A DNA stretch of 63,323 nt, the filler included, from Squatina squatina (lineage: Eukaryota), in assembly GCA_031763465.1 (NCBI GenBank). It is 4 parts of 3 records of this genome, joined end to end, with 100 filler letters (N's around TTAATTAATTAA, not from the genome) between each part and the next. Parts side by side here need not be neighbours in the genome. Positions count along the whole stretch, not along the records: positions 1 to 16,561 come from JARFOE010000235.1; 3 more parts are not named here. The stretch is one strand, 5' to 3'. A program made the translations under genes and the position numbers. Each line of letters starts with the position of its first letter. The stretch's first letter is position 1. A model generated the notes under the pieces. That model had not been told where the DNA came from and searched no databases. It worked only from the letters and a program-made list of their open reading frames with translations. This document shows positions 1 to 11,939 of this stretch, piece by piece.

Positions 1-41
1 TCAATGCATGAAGAAGGGTCTGATTCAAGACTGCTGAATCT

Positions 42-68
42 AACACACACACAGGCTCACACACACAC
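42..68. repeat. Interrupted (CA)n microsatellite
   Basis: acacacacaca-ggct-cacacacacac seen directly. Confidence 0.7.
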
Positions 69-245
69 GCGTTGACACTGGAGTAAAATGCATTGACAAT
101 TGTTCACCCCTTGAACTAATTTACAGTCTTCGAGTATCAGGAGGATATTTAAACATTTGCAGTTGGACTAAGTGGATAAAAAAATAAAGGAAAAGAAATA
201 AAATATGTCTTGGCTCGCTGTGACAGATATAAGCCTCTCTCTGAA

Positions 246-262
246 TGACCTTTCCTTGAACA
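246..262 (-). promoter_or_regulatory. DR5-like retinoic acid response element candidate (TGTTCA aggaa AGGTCA)
   Basis: Plus strand tgacct-ttcct-tgaaca gives two half-sites spaced by 5 nt, one with a mismatch. It lies in the HoxB3 upstream region, where RAREs are known in other vertebrates. Confidence 0.4.
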
Positions 263-284
263 GTAATAACTCACCACATTAATG

Positions 285-292
285 ATCAATCA
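285..292 (-). promoter_or_regulatory. Pbx/Hox-type bipartite site TGATTGAT
   Basis: atcaatca on the plus strand, next to the DR5-like element. Motif match only. Confidence 0.3.
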
Positions 293-3200
293 ACGGGACG
301 GTTTGAAATGTCTCCAAAATAACAATCCGTCCCACTATCCCGGGCTTTCTCTGCGATCGCATATAATCCTTTTATAAGAGATATTGGACGGCACGCATAT
401 CTTCCCCCTAACCCGATTTGTTTGTTAATGGGCTTCTGTAAATAATCTGAGTACTGACTGGGTGATCACAGCCCGGAGACACAGGCGAAGGCCTTCCATC
501 CAAATGCCAGAGTAATGCGCTTGGATTATGCATTCACGTGGTCAGTACGTCAACGTTTCCCCATTTTATACAGACTTTAGCAATTGTTAATTGAACTCTT
601 CAATTTTTTAGTGTTGGAACTTCCAGCTTCGCGCATTTCAAAAACTTCTCTCTTTATAGCGGATGGGAGAGATCCTCGACATTCTTATTTCTGTAGAAGC
701 TGTCTACAAAGGTANNNNNNNNNNNNNNNNNNNNNNNNNNNNNNNNNNNNNNNNNNNNNNNNNNNNNNNNNNNNNNNNNNNNNNNNNNNNNNNNNNNNNN
801 NNNNNNNNNNNNNNNNNNNNNNNNNNNNNNNNNNNNNNNNNNNNNNNNNNNNNNNNNNNNNNNNNNNNNNNNNNNNNNNNNNNNNNNNNNNNNNNNNNNN
901 NNNNNNNNNNNNNNNNNNNNNNNNNNNNNNNNNNNNNNNNNNNNNNNNNNNNNNNNNNNNNNNNNNNNNNNNNNNNNNNNNNNNNNNNNNNNNNNNNNNN
1001 NNNNNNNNNNNNNNNNNNNNNNNNNNNNNNNNNNNNNNNNNNNNNNNNNNNNNNNNNNNNNNNNNNNNNNNNNNNNNNNNNNNNNNNNNNNNNNNNNNNN
1101 NNNNNNNNNNNNNNNNNNNNNNNNNNNNNNNNNNNNNNNNNNNNNNNNNNNNNNNNNNNNNNNNNNNNNNNNNNNNNNNNNNNNNNNNNNNNNNNNNNNN
1201 NNNNNNNNNNNNNNNNNNNNNNNNNNNNNNNNNNNNNNNNNNNNNNNNNNNNNNNNNNNNNNNNNNNNNNNNNNNNNNNNNNNNNNNNNNNNNNNNNNNN
1301 NNNNNNNNNNNNNNNNNNNNNNNNNNNNNNNNNNNNNNNNNNNNNNNNNNNNNNNNNNNNNNNNNNNNNNNNNNNNNNNNNNNNNNNNNNNNNNNNNNNN
1401 NATGCGATATGCATCCATCGGAATGTGTTCAGGCGTCTTATGTTAGGCCGGAGACTTAAAATGTAAAAACAATAATGTCGCCTTCAGTCGGTAATGTGTT
1501 CTTCCATATTTAAGTAAGTTTTTACTACAATAGTGAATGCCAGCCGTGCAAACCGTGTGACATAATGTACCCTGGCACGTTTCCAAATGTACCTTTTGAT
1601 CTGACCTATTAATGCATAACTTGTGTTTAATGTGACACTTGACCTGTAGCACAGTGACGTGCTATGGAGCGCTTTGCGCTCTGCAACTCGCCTCACATCA
1701 CCTCGCCTCTTCACTTTACTTTTCAAACGACTGAGAAATTAAGGGAAAACCTAAAAATAACAGAGTAAAATAAATAAAGATATTGATTTAAATTAACGAG
1801 AAGGCTGTATGGGGGTGGGGGTCGGGGTGGTGGCTGAGAATGCCTGGCATGAGCCAGAGAGATCAATAGGGTTACTGTACAACTAGGAACAGAGGGCCTT
1901 TGATCTGTGAAGCTAAGCGGGGCTGCAGTGACCAGCTCCTCGCTTAACTCGCTAGATAATGCACGAGAAGAGGCTATGCAACAGGAAAGAGTTAATTTTT
2001 AATAAGACTAAAAAAAAGAGCTTTTTAATGCCACTGTCCTTTTAACACTGTACAGCCCAGCACGTAGAATGATCATTCCGGAGTGAACTTAAAGAATCTC
2101 TAAATGGCTTAGATTGGTTTGGCAGTCAAAAAGGTATCGAGAAAAGAAAATCACTCTCGAGTTTTCCAGTTTGCTGCATATTATCACCCATAAAAAGAGC
2201 CCTCTGTTGTAAAACAGTTAGTTCTGCTTCTGTGCCAAGAACGATAAAATTCAATTTGATTATTTCTAGATCATTCTGACGCCTGCAGTTCAAACTATCT
2301 TCCTCGGCATGCCAAACACTAGGTGCATGTTCATCTTGCTGGAGGCTATCCGCACCGCATAAAATGATTTGTTAAAAAAAAGGTTTTATATTTTTGATTA
2401 AAGGAGGTTCTCTTAATTTTGAAATGGAAATCATGAATGAGGCAGTCTCTCACCCTCCACCACTTTGTGAGTTATTTCTCGCTATAGCTCCTTCAGGCAA
2501 GGCNNNNNNNNNNNNNNNNNNNNNNNNNNNNNNNNNNNNNNNNNNNNNNNNNNNNNNNNNNNNNNNNNNNNNNNNNNNNNNNNNNNNNNNNNNNNNNNNN
2601 NNNNNNNNNNNNNNNNNNNNNNNNNNNNNNNNNNNNNNNNNNNNNNNNNNNNNNNNNNNNNNNNNNNNNNNNNNNNNNNNNNNCAATTCTAGAAAGTTAA
2701 AAGTGGCACATTCTCGCAAATTTTCAATTAAAAGGCCAAGGGATTGATTTGAAGAACTTTAAGGCGGCCAACACTCGAGGGGACTTTAGTTTGGGAACTT
2801 AAAAAGTCGCTAGTACAATAGGTAAACACTGTTTACCCAGGTCATAAATCATGTGCACATTCATCTGGAGGATAACACCCTATATAAAAATGCGTTTGAA
2901 GCTTCTTCCACGAACTCGAGGGTGTCAGCAGCCATCAAAGGTAGACCCAAACCAAACGTTGAACTGTTTGTAAGATCTTTGGGAGGTTTGAGGAGGAAAG
3001 GAGTTTTCTGAAGTATTCTTCACCGCCTTCTGCAAAAAAGAGCACTTTTGGGGGAATGGGGAGAGGGGGGGTGGTAGGTGGGGGTTGGTGGGAGAGGCCA
3101 TGTCTGTCTCAATCCGTTACACACAAAAAGTCAGCAATAGTTCACGGAAACCAACCTGGGACCTCTCTCTTTCAGGTCAAGCTATGAGCCATTAATTATA

Positions 3201-4802
3201 TCCACCCTGGAATTCTTGGCGAGCAGTAGAGGAGGGGTGGGGGGGGGGGGGCANNNNNNNNNNNNNNNNNNNNNNNNNNNNNNNNNNNNNNNNNNNNNNN
3301 NNNNNNNNNNNNNNNNNNNNNNNNNNNNNNNNNNNNNNNNNNNNNNNNNNNNNNNNNNNNNNNNNNNNNNNNNNNNNNNNNNNNNNNNNNNNNNNNNNNN
3401 NNNNNNNNNNNNNNNNNNNNNNNNNNNNNNNNNNNNNNNNNNNNNNNNNNNNNNNNNNNNNNNNNNNNNNNNNNNNNNNNNNNNNNNNNNNNNNNNNNNN
3501 NNNNNNNNNNNNNNNNNNNNNNNNNNNNNNNNNNNNNNNAGCATGGGCTCGCCTGCCTGGAATGAATTGAACCCGCAGCCGTACTGGGAAGTTACATACA
3601 GCCTGAACGGACTATCGGTGTGGGTTGGGGGGGAACGCGAGCAGTTTGATGATTTCAGAAGCTTAATTCTGTATATGTTGTTCAAAAAAACCCCAACAAA
3701 AACAATGTATTGTTACAAATCCAACATGATTTAAAGAGAGTCTGTTGCCAACAGAGGCCCAAAGACTACGGCAGAATGTTAAATGGAACACAGAATAACG
3801 ATGTGAGTTAACGTGTCCAATAGGAGCTGGTCTGGTCGATGGATGTTGGAAATTACTGCCATATGAGCTCAGGGTTGGCGGAGCGACAGTAGCAGAGCTC
3901 CTTTAAATACCGACCACGATAATTAAATATGCTGTATTATATAACAGCGTAGCAGAGAGAATAAAACAGATACAGAAAGAGAGAGTGGGAAAGATATATA
4001 CAGAGAGGGAGTGAGAGAGCGAGAAAGAGGGAGAGAGGAGAAAGCAACAGCGACTGAGAGGGTTAAATCGAGGCAATGTTACTTCATGAGCACAGTGATA
4101 TTGCCGCACTGAATCAACTTGCTAACCATGTCAATCTGATTTAAAAAATGATTACAATCATTACTTTCAAGCAAATAAACCTCAAACCTCTATGGAGTGC
4201 GAACAGGGCACCACCTTATCCTATTTTTGTTCTTGCAATTGCAACAATTTCGGACAATTGCTCCTTAGAGACCGACCGCATTTCAACACAAAGGAATGAG
4301 AAAAACATGGAAAATTTGGATCCAGAAAATGTAGTTTATCCGCGATTTGAAGCCTTCATTGAACCACCCCCACCCCCACCCCAATAATAACAATCAAAAA
4401 TCACCCTCACTACTAAAACGGAACTATATGCCATTGGAGCCTTCAAGTGAATTGCGCCTCAAAATTAGTTTCGTTTGTATTATCAGTGAAAGGTCAGAGG
4501 TTAGAGTTATTGCATTTTCACTTTTCTAATAGCCAGTCTGGGAGCATGGAGCAGCGGCAATATAATTTATTACCTTGTCTTTACTGCAGCTAATTTGATC
4601 GTTTGTTGAGAGGCGTTGAAACGCCTTGAGTTGCAAAGTCAGGAACACTACATGCCTACCTACAATGCTGATCGTTTAATTATATATTCTTTTCTTTAAG
4701 AANNNNNNNNNNNNNNNNNNNNNNNNNNNNNNNNNNNNNNNNNNNNNNNNNNNNNNNNNNNNNNNNNNNNNNNNNNNNNNNNNNNNNNNNNNNNNNNNNN
4801 NN

Positions 4803-4900
4803 TTTTTCTCTCCACAGATGCTGCCTGACCTGCTGAGTTTTTCCAGCAATTTTTGTTTGTATTCTGGATTCCAGCATCCACAGTGTTTCGCTTTTGTATT
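4803..4900 (+). repeat. Fragment of a dispersed repeat (Penelope-like/hammerhead-associated family)
   Basis: ctctccacagatgctgcctgacctgctgagtttttccagc is the reverse complement of the related sequence at ~33812-33865, and is also related to 47160-47398. Confidence 0.65.
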
Positions 4901-7802
4901 ACGGTCAATCTGATCCTTAGTTTCCTGTCGAGCAGGTTAAGTTAAAATTATCCCCCTTGACTTCTACAATACACAAGAAGTTCAAACTATGAATGTCATT
5001 TTCAGAATCATTTAATTGATTCTTTGATGAATGTAATGTGGCACACTTCAGTTTCATGGAGCCTCTCCTAATACACAACATGGATACAAACAGCCAAACA
5101 TTGATTACTTTTGACATCTGATGTGCATATCAAATAGTATGTGACAGGAATAGGAACCTTTCAAAGACATGAGGTAATTTCTGATTCAATTAATCTATGA
5201 GTATATCAAAGAAAATATGTGCATTTATATTGAACATGTAAACTCACGTTAACCGCGATTTTACTTATCTGGGCTCACTTTGTCAATGTTTCCAAATTTT
5301 AATTTACAAAAGATTACCAACGAATTAAGGCCTGTTTGCAGCATTGTATTTCTGATTTTATCGTGTAGCTTTGATTCATTCTTAACTTTAATTATCCATT
5401 AAATGCTTTTTACAATCTTGCCCTTCTATGTATGAACAAATTATGTATTATTACACCATCGGATCCTTTTTTAAAGGGCTGTTTGTTTATACATTGTAGT
5501 GGTGTGTGCTTTTTGTGGTTCTTATCACCGTTCAAATATTAGGAAATCTAAAGGTAATTTCACCCTCGCCCAGTCTTCTGCACGGTGCCCAGATATGTTC
5601 AGGTACAGTTCTCATGGAAAAAGGTCGTAATTTTTCATCAATTTGAAATAGCCACGCACGGCCCAGCAAAATATATTAACAGGGAGAAGGGACATGATTT
5701 ATTATGAGGAGTATAATTACCTGTACATTAAATAGCCATCTTATGAGAGCAACGGTTACTCTCAGGTCTACGTAGGATTGTTTTGTTGCAAACCCGTAAT
5801 GCATTACCATCCCGTTAAAGAATTTTAGTTGAAGTGTAACAGTTCAGTTTGAAGGATATCAACGCCACTGAACGATGTAAATAAGGGAGAGAGCAAAGCA
5901 ATTATCAACTGAAACNNNNNNNNNNNNNNNNNNNNNNNNNNNNNNNNNNNNNNNNNNNNNNNNNNNNNNNNNNNNNNNNNNNNNNNNNNNNNNNNNNNNN
6001 NNNNNNNNNNNNNNNCTGGAGTGCCCTACTGGAATTAATGATTGAAGCAGAGACCATGTTAACATTTTAGGAAAAGGGAGGATATATGGTTGAAGGAAAA
6101 GTGAAAGAGATATGGGAACAGGGTGGGCACATGGGAGCAGGACTACTGCTTTTGTGGAGAATAAACACTAAACAGACTATTTGGGCAGAAACCATATTTC
6201 TGTGTTATAGCTTCTATATGACTCTCTGTAAAATAACTTTGAGTGAATAGCATTTGGAAAATACATTTATCTAGAACCAATCCAGTTGTTCACACCACAT
6301 TACATTTTTCTCCATGTTGAATATTTCATGGTATTCACTGTCTACACTATTCTACACAACCTATTGCTTTTCTATTAACCTCTACTGGAAGATGTATTTT
6401 GGCTTTTGACAAACAAACAGAAGTAAAATAAAACAGAACAAATAGTGAGTCCTGTTAGGCGTGCACTGACAGAAACTGAATGTGATGGGAAACCAAGTTA
6501 TTTATTGAGTAGTAATTGAGCGCACCGTATTTGTAGATAATTTGTTCTGAAATCTCGTCATACAATAATTTCCTATTGAATTACCTAGCTAATGGCATTA
6601 TGTAGATATGTGAGATCATGATGTACATATTACAATTACAATTAGGGTTAAATGGATTATTTTTCCATTTTGGTGCTGGGAGTTATCAATTAATAAAGCC
6701 TCAATTGAATCCAGGGTCAGACTTGCAAAGAAATTTACACATCTTTGCTATGGAATCTAAGCAATATCCAATTGTGTTCTCATATCGATTTGCTTCTGCC
6801 TTCCCCCTTTCTCTTTTCTCAGGAGCCTTTTTTTGGCAAATGAAGAAAATCGACATCCCGAAGGCCTGTCAATCATACAGCAACTCTGCGTTTTCATTGT
6901 TTTTTCCCCCTCATTTACAAGCACATAANNNNNNNNNNGAAACAGATTATGTATCTCAAATTGTTAAAATGAAATATACGCTTTGTCAATCCGTTCAATG
7001 ACTGTCTAGTTTTACTTCATGTAACATTTATATACATATATATATATAATACATAAAGGACTACATTCAACATATATATGTATATCAAATACAGAAAAAC
7101 GAAAGCACTTACAGTATAGTTATAATGTAAAATGCACTCAACCATTAACAAGCTCTCAATTTGTTCAATGTATTAGTAGTTAGTTCTCAATAAATATTGA
7201 TGTAATTGACTTCTGCATCCTGTACATTAAACAATGAAATGGTTAATAAGCATTTTGAGTTTTTCCAGCTTTGTTGAGCTAATAGACACAAGATACCGTA
7301 GATAATTTCATCGAAGCCCTGTGTAATTATCAAAACAAACACTTAAAAACACTTCAGATAATCATAATTAAAAACGACCATTAAATATCCCTCAATAAGG
7401 AAAAGGCTGCCATTCAGTTGACAGATAATGGTATTTTCAGAGACACGCGTGTTTCAATACTGATGTTCCTTGCCTGCTGCAACCATTAATATTTAACGCC
7501 AATCACTGAGTTATTCTAATTTTACTACATAAAGGTTTGCACTAACGATCGGTGTTAAATGTTACGCTGCTATTAATGGCTCAACTTGACTGGCTGGCGT
7601 CCAAGCACAGAATAAAAGGAACGAGGCATTGTGGAAGTCTGTTAGTCCTCGCTCATTTTCAAAATTGGGTTTTGCAATTCATTTCTGGTCACCCAAAGCA
7701 CCTCCTTCACTAGGTTTTTATTCCAATGAGGCGTTGTGTTTTAAAGAATTCATACAAAACTTAAAACAAATTTACATTCCTTTAACACAAAAATCCCACA
7801 GG

Positions 7803-8277
7803 AAGTGGTCCAACCGTGGCTAACAAGAGAAGTTAAAGATAGTATCAGATCAAAGGAAGAGGCTTATAATGTTGCCGGAAAGAACAGCAAGCCTGAGGAT
7901 TGGGAGGATTTTAGAATTCAGCAAAGGAAGACCAAGACATTGATGAAGGGAAAATAGAATATGAGAGTAAACTAGCGAGAGACATAATAAGAGACTGTAA
8001 AAGCTTCTATAGGTATGTAAAAAGGAAAAGATTAACTAAATTAAATGTGGGTCCCTTACAGGCCGAGACAGGGGAAATGATAATGGGGAATAAGGAAATG
8101 GCAGAGAAATTAAACAAATACTTTGTGCCTGTCTTCACGGAAGAAAATGCAAAAGAACTCCTGACATTGTTGGAGAACAAAGGGTCTCGCGAGAATGAAA
8201 TTAATAAAAAAAATTGGAGAAATGAATGGGACTAAAAACCAATTAATCTGCTGGACCTGATGGTCTACATTTTGAAA
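7803..8277 (+). mobile_element. Degenerate CR1-clade LINE ORF2 fragment inside the HoxB cluster
   Basis: Translates across frameshifts as QPWLTREVKDSIRSKEEAYNVA...KSFYRYVKRKR...VGPLQAETGEMIMGNKEMAEKLNKYF.PVFTEE, typical of CR1 ORF2 between the endonuclease and RT domains. Confidence 0.85.
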
Positions 8278-8503
8278 NNNNNNNNNNNNNNNNNNNNNNN
8301 NNNNNNNNNNNNNNNNNNNNNNNNNNNNNNNNNNNNNNNNNNNNNNNNNNNNNNNNNNNNNNNNNNNNNNNNNNNNNCACCGTGGTAAATTGAAAAATAG
8401 AAGGAAAGGCACTATTTGTCAAATGTTATGACAGTCTTGTAAAACATAAATAACACACATAATATTTACATAGAGAGACACGAGGCACTGCAGCTGTACT
8501 TAC

Positions 8504-8700
8504 AATAATCCAGCCCACGGTGTGTCTCTCTTCCCAAATTGTTTTATTCCAGACTCTCTCTCAAGTTATAGGCTTGTTTGTTAAAGGACAGTAGAATTTC
8601 ACGTCAGACACAGAGAGACCATGTCGGCGATTTACCGGCGAATACATATCTATTCAGCAACAGCTGCATTAATTATTTAATGAGTCACGTGATCGAGGGG
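8504..8700 (-). promoter_or_regulatory. Probable HoxB3 distal promoter and non-coding first exon (CR3-like Hox-responsive element)
   Basis: The minus strand reads GATCACGTGACTCATTAAATAATTAATGCAGCTG (E-box plus clustered TAAT sites), with a consensus donor ATT|GTAAGT at 8503. The position between B4 and B3 fits the mouse Hoxb3 distal promoter/CR3, from recall. Confidence 0.5.
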
Positions 8701-9364
8701 GAAGGGGGGATTTCAAATTCATACTCCAAGGAGAAGTGTGACCTTCCACTGGGAGAGCAGAGACATTCTTTCATATTCTTCTTCATTTCCCATTTTTTGG
8801 GTTCTCAACATTGTAGTAATAGCTTGCACCTGATTCTGCTCAAAAAGTGGGGTTCACAGGCTTCCTATAAGTGGAGAACTAAATAGTAGTGTGACTGTAT
8901 CAATGCTCTCAGGGCTTTCCCAAGTCTCATCCTTTCAATCCTGAGACGCTTCTCCAGACTCAAAACCTACGTGTCTATCTTTTGTGGTGCCGATGCAGTC
9001 TATATGATTGGAACTAGCAGCACGTTGCCACAGTAGTAGATTTCTGCCTGATTCATTTCACCACAAGTTTGCTTGTTCATTACGTTCAATTTCCAAGTTT
9101 TATGTTGTATATTTTGCTACTGAGACTACAAAATTCTAAACTCTTAAGGAGCTTCTGGTGACACACTTTTTTCTTCATCGGGATTTCACTCTGGATCAGA
9201 GGGCATGGTGGAAGATCAGCAACAGGAGGCAAACCTCACCTGCCCAATACAGAGTACAGGCTCAGGCCAACAAACCAGCACTGAGCAGCAGTAAATAAGG
9301 AAGTTTCTCTACTCTAGGAGGCTGCAACAGTGTTGTGTCATCGCCTGCACCCCATTGCTGCAGT

Positions 9365-9510
9365 GAGTGCACCATGCATGGCAAGGGCACCGAGCATGGT
9401 GAGCACACCCAGTGCCGCAAGTATGGCAAGCGTGGTGAGCACGGTCAGCGAACTGATCGTGATGAGCGCACAGAACGTGGTGAATGCACTGAGCATAACA
9501 AGCGTGGCCT
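9365..9510. repeat. Degenerate ~9-bp-period tandem repeat
   Basis: Units such as atggcaagg/gcaccgagc/atggtgagc/gtggtgagc/acggtcagc/gtgatgagc/gcactgagc. Confidence 0.6.
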
Positions 9511-9739
9511 AGCCCTATGAAAGGGAGAGTTACCTTGGCAGTCCTGGTGAGGTCATTAAATTCCACCCTGCACAGCAGCCAAGTCTTGGGAACAATGCTG
9601 CTGGCATCGGACTGGCCACCTACCTCCCTGCATTGCTACTGGCTGATTGGACAGGAACCCATCATTCATTGATGGGGAAGAGGAGGATTTTGCGCTGTGG
9701 GAGCCTGATGTGTAGATAAGATCGAACACGGGGATAACC

Positions 9740-10210
9740 GTGCCTATTGCTGTGAAACTCACCACAGCACTGAGCTTTCACGCAAATGGATTCTTTCAAA
9801 CCACCACTGGTGATGCTTGCAATGTTAATCAGACATTGCTCTACTGATGCTTTGCACGGCAGGAAAACGCTGATCTTACTTTCCTCGTGGAAAGGAGGCA
9901 ATAGCATGAGTGGATGCAGAACCTTTATCAGTTGGCAGGCCTATCTCAAGTACAGGGTCTCATCAATGGTATGTATATGTAGTGCTCAAGGACTCTAACA
10001 ACAACCCATGACATATATGAATAGGAAAGACTTTGATTTCATCAGTGTACAGGTCACAGGAATAAAATCATGCAGGTGAATTTGTGGTACTCAAGCAGCA
10101 GTCATGATGCTTTCATTTTACACCAGAATACTGTGCCAGCAATATGTCAAGATGCAGCCAGCCTGGACAAATAGCTGTTAGGGGACTGGAGCAGCAGTCA
10201 AGTATCCCTG
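9740..10210 (+). mobile_element. Decayed PIF/Harbinger (HARBI1-like) transposase relic
   Basis: Across frameshifts and stops: VPIAVKLTTALSFHANGFFQTTTGDACNVNQ ... AGLSQVQGLINGMYM ... YMNRKDFDFISVQV ... IMQVNLWYSSSSHDAFILHQ ... *LLGD..YP. These are colinear with the Harbinger motifs GFPxVxGxIDCTH, NRKGFHSxNVQ, GSxHDxxIL and WLLGDxGYP. Confidence 0.8.
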
Positions 10211-10854
10211 ACCAGAAACTGAAAGAAAATTCATCGAGGTTTATGCCTCCCCCAAAATTCTGCTGGAACATACAATTGCAGGTTGAAACTGGTATTTAGC
10301 AGACCGGACAGATGAGGTGGGATCCTNNNNNNNNNNNNNNNNNNNNNNNNNNNNNNNNNNNNNNNNNNNNNNNNNNNNNNNNNNNNNNNNNNNNNNNNNN
10401 NNNNNNNNNNNNNNNNNNNNNNNNNNNNNNNNNNNNNNNNNNNNNNNNNNNNNNNNNNNNNNNNNNNNNNNNNNNNNNNNNNNNNNNNNNNNNNNNNNNN
10501 NNNNNNNNNNNNNNNNNNNNNNNNNNNNNNNNNNNNNNNNNNNNNNNNNNNNNNNNNNNNNNNNNNNNNNNNNNNNNNNNNNNNNNNNNNNNNNNNNNNN
10601 NNNNNNNNNNNNNNNNNNNNNNNNNNNNNNNNNNNNNNNNNAAGCTGGAAGTGATTGCACACAAGCTTAACAGAACGGGTGCTTTTCAGCAACGCTGCAC
10701 AGATTTTAAATGGAGTGAACGAGGGGTAACCCTGGTGGGTTTTTTTTATCCTTTAGTATTGAGAATGTTCAGAAAGAAGAGAGTCATGTCTTAAAGGTCA
10801 AGGGTTTCAGAGGTCAGACTGCTAGTATAAAACCGGCTAATCGGATAAAAAAGT

Positions 10855-10871
10855 TGTCCTTTCCGTGAACC
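10855..10871 (-). promoter_or_regulatory. HoxB4 3' DR5 RARE (GGTTCA cggaa AGGACA), early neural enhancer type
   Basis: Plus strand tgtcct-ttccg-tgaacc. It has the RGTTCA-n5-AGGACA form recalled for the conserved 3' RAREs of group-4 Hox genes, about 3 kb 3' of the HoxB4 stop in this assembly. Confidence 0.75.
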
Positions 10872-11939
10872 CTTTCGGCCGTCCCGCTGACCAACCAACA
10901 CGCTGATTTTATTCCGTAAGATTCAGATGTGTTTAAAAACACCACAGCAAGCTAAAGAACAAAACACAAACTACAAGCGGATTCTCCGCTCGATGAATTT
11001 GCTGTCTATTTCCAAGCTGCAGATAGCAAGTATCTGTTCACATTTCATTGCCAAACGAACAACAAAGCGATTCAAAGAGTCGAAATGAATTGACTCTGTT
11101 TGTTACCTTTCGTTTCACCATCTTCCGTTTTCAAGATCTGAACATTTTCACGATTTTTAATCATGTTTGAGAGGGAATCTTTCGATGTGACTGAGAAATT
11201 CCACGCTCTGCTCATATTTTTAAAGAACCCTCCAAGGTGCGCACCGCTTTTCCCCGGTCGAGCCATCCAGATTTGCTGTTGAGCAACAATGGGAGAAGTA
11301 TTTAAAGAAAGCAGTGATTAATGATTTCAAGTTAATTCTCGCATTTTCAGAACCTCTCTGTGTACAAATAATGCCTGTGAACTTTAGCTCTATAGCTTGC
11401 ATTCAGAGCCTTTGGCAACAGTCTGGCGGAGGGTGCAGGACTGGCTGGCCTGTTATCTGTGCCTATGAATAGAGAAAGCTAAACAGCTATTGCCGGTGAT
11501 TCAATGAATAATTCTTATATTATTAACTAAAGTAATCACTCCTCAAAATACTTCAGAATTATAGAGCTTAACGAAAATGTTACATTTGGAAATGTTGCAT
11601 TTCAGTTGGCCTGTTTTGTGGGACCTCCGGGGTGTGTGGGGTTGGGGGGCCGGGGGGATGGGGAGGAGGACAAAACATGTATACATTGGTGAGAGAGGAT
11701 TTTCTCACATAAACAACAGATTGTAAATCATTCTGTTGTCTCCAAAGGCAAAATGTTAAAAAAATCAAGCTTTATGCGTGTGGTTGTTCTGTTACAGTTG
11801 AATATGTGAAACCTCTTATACATACATATTGGGGTTTGATGCTGCAAAACACACCCAATAAACATTCATTAGAAAAAGGCACATTGTACCGTGTTCTCAT
11901 CAATGATGTTTTGCAAGTTGCGTTTGAAAGGAATATGTT

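Noticed and set aside
584-1466. Long ORFs dominated by X (also 26014-27201, 44525-45106 and others)
   Set aside because: Artefacts of translating N gaps.
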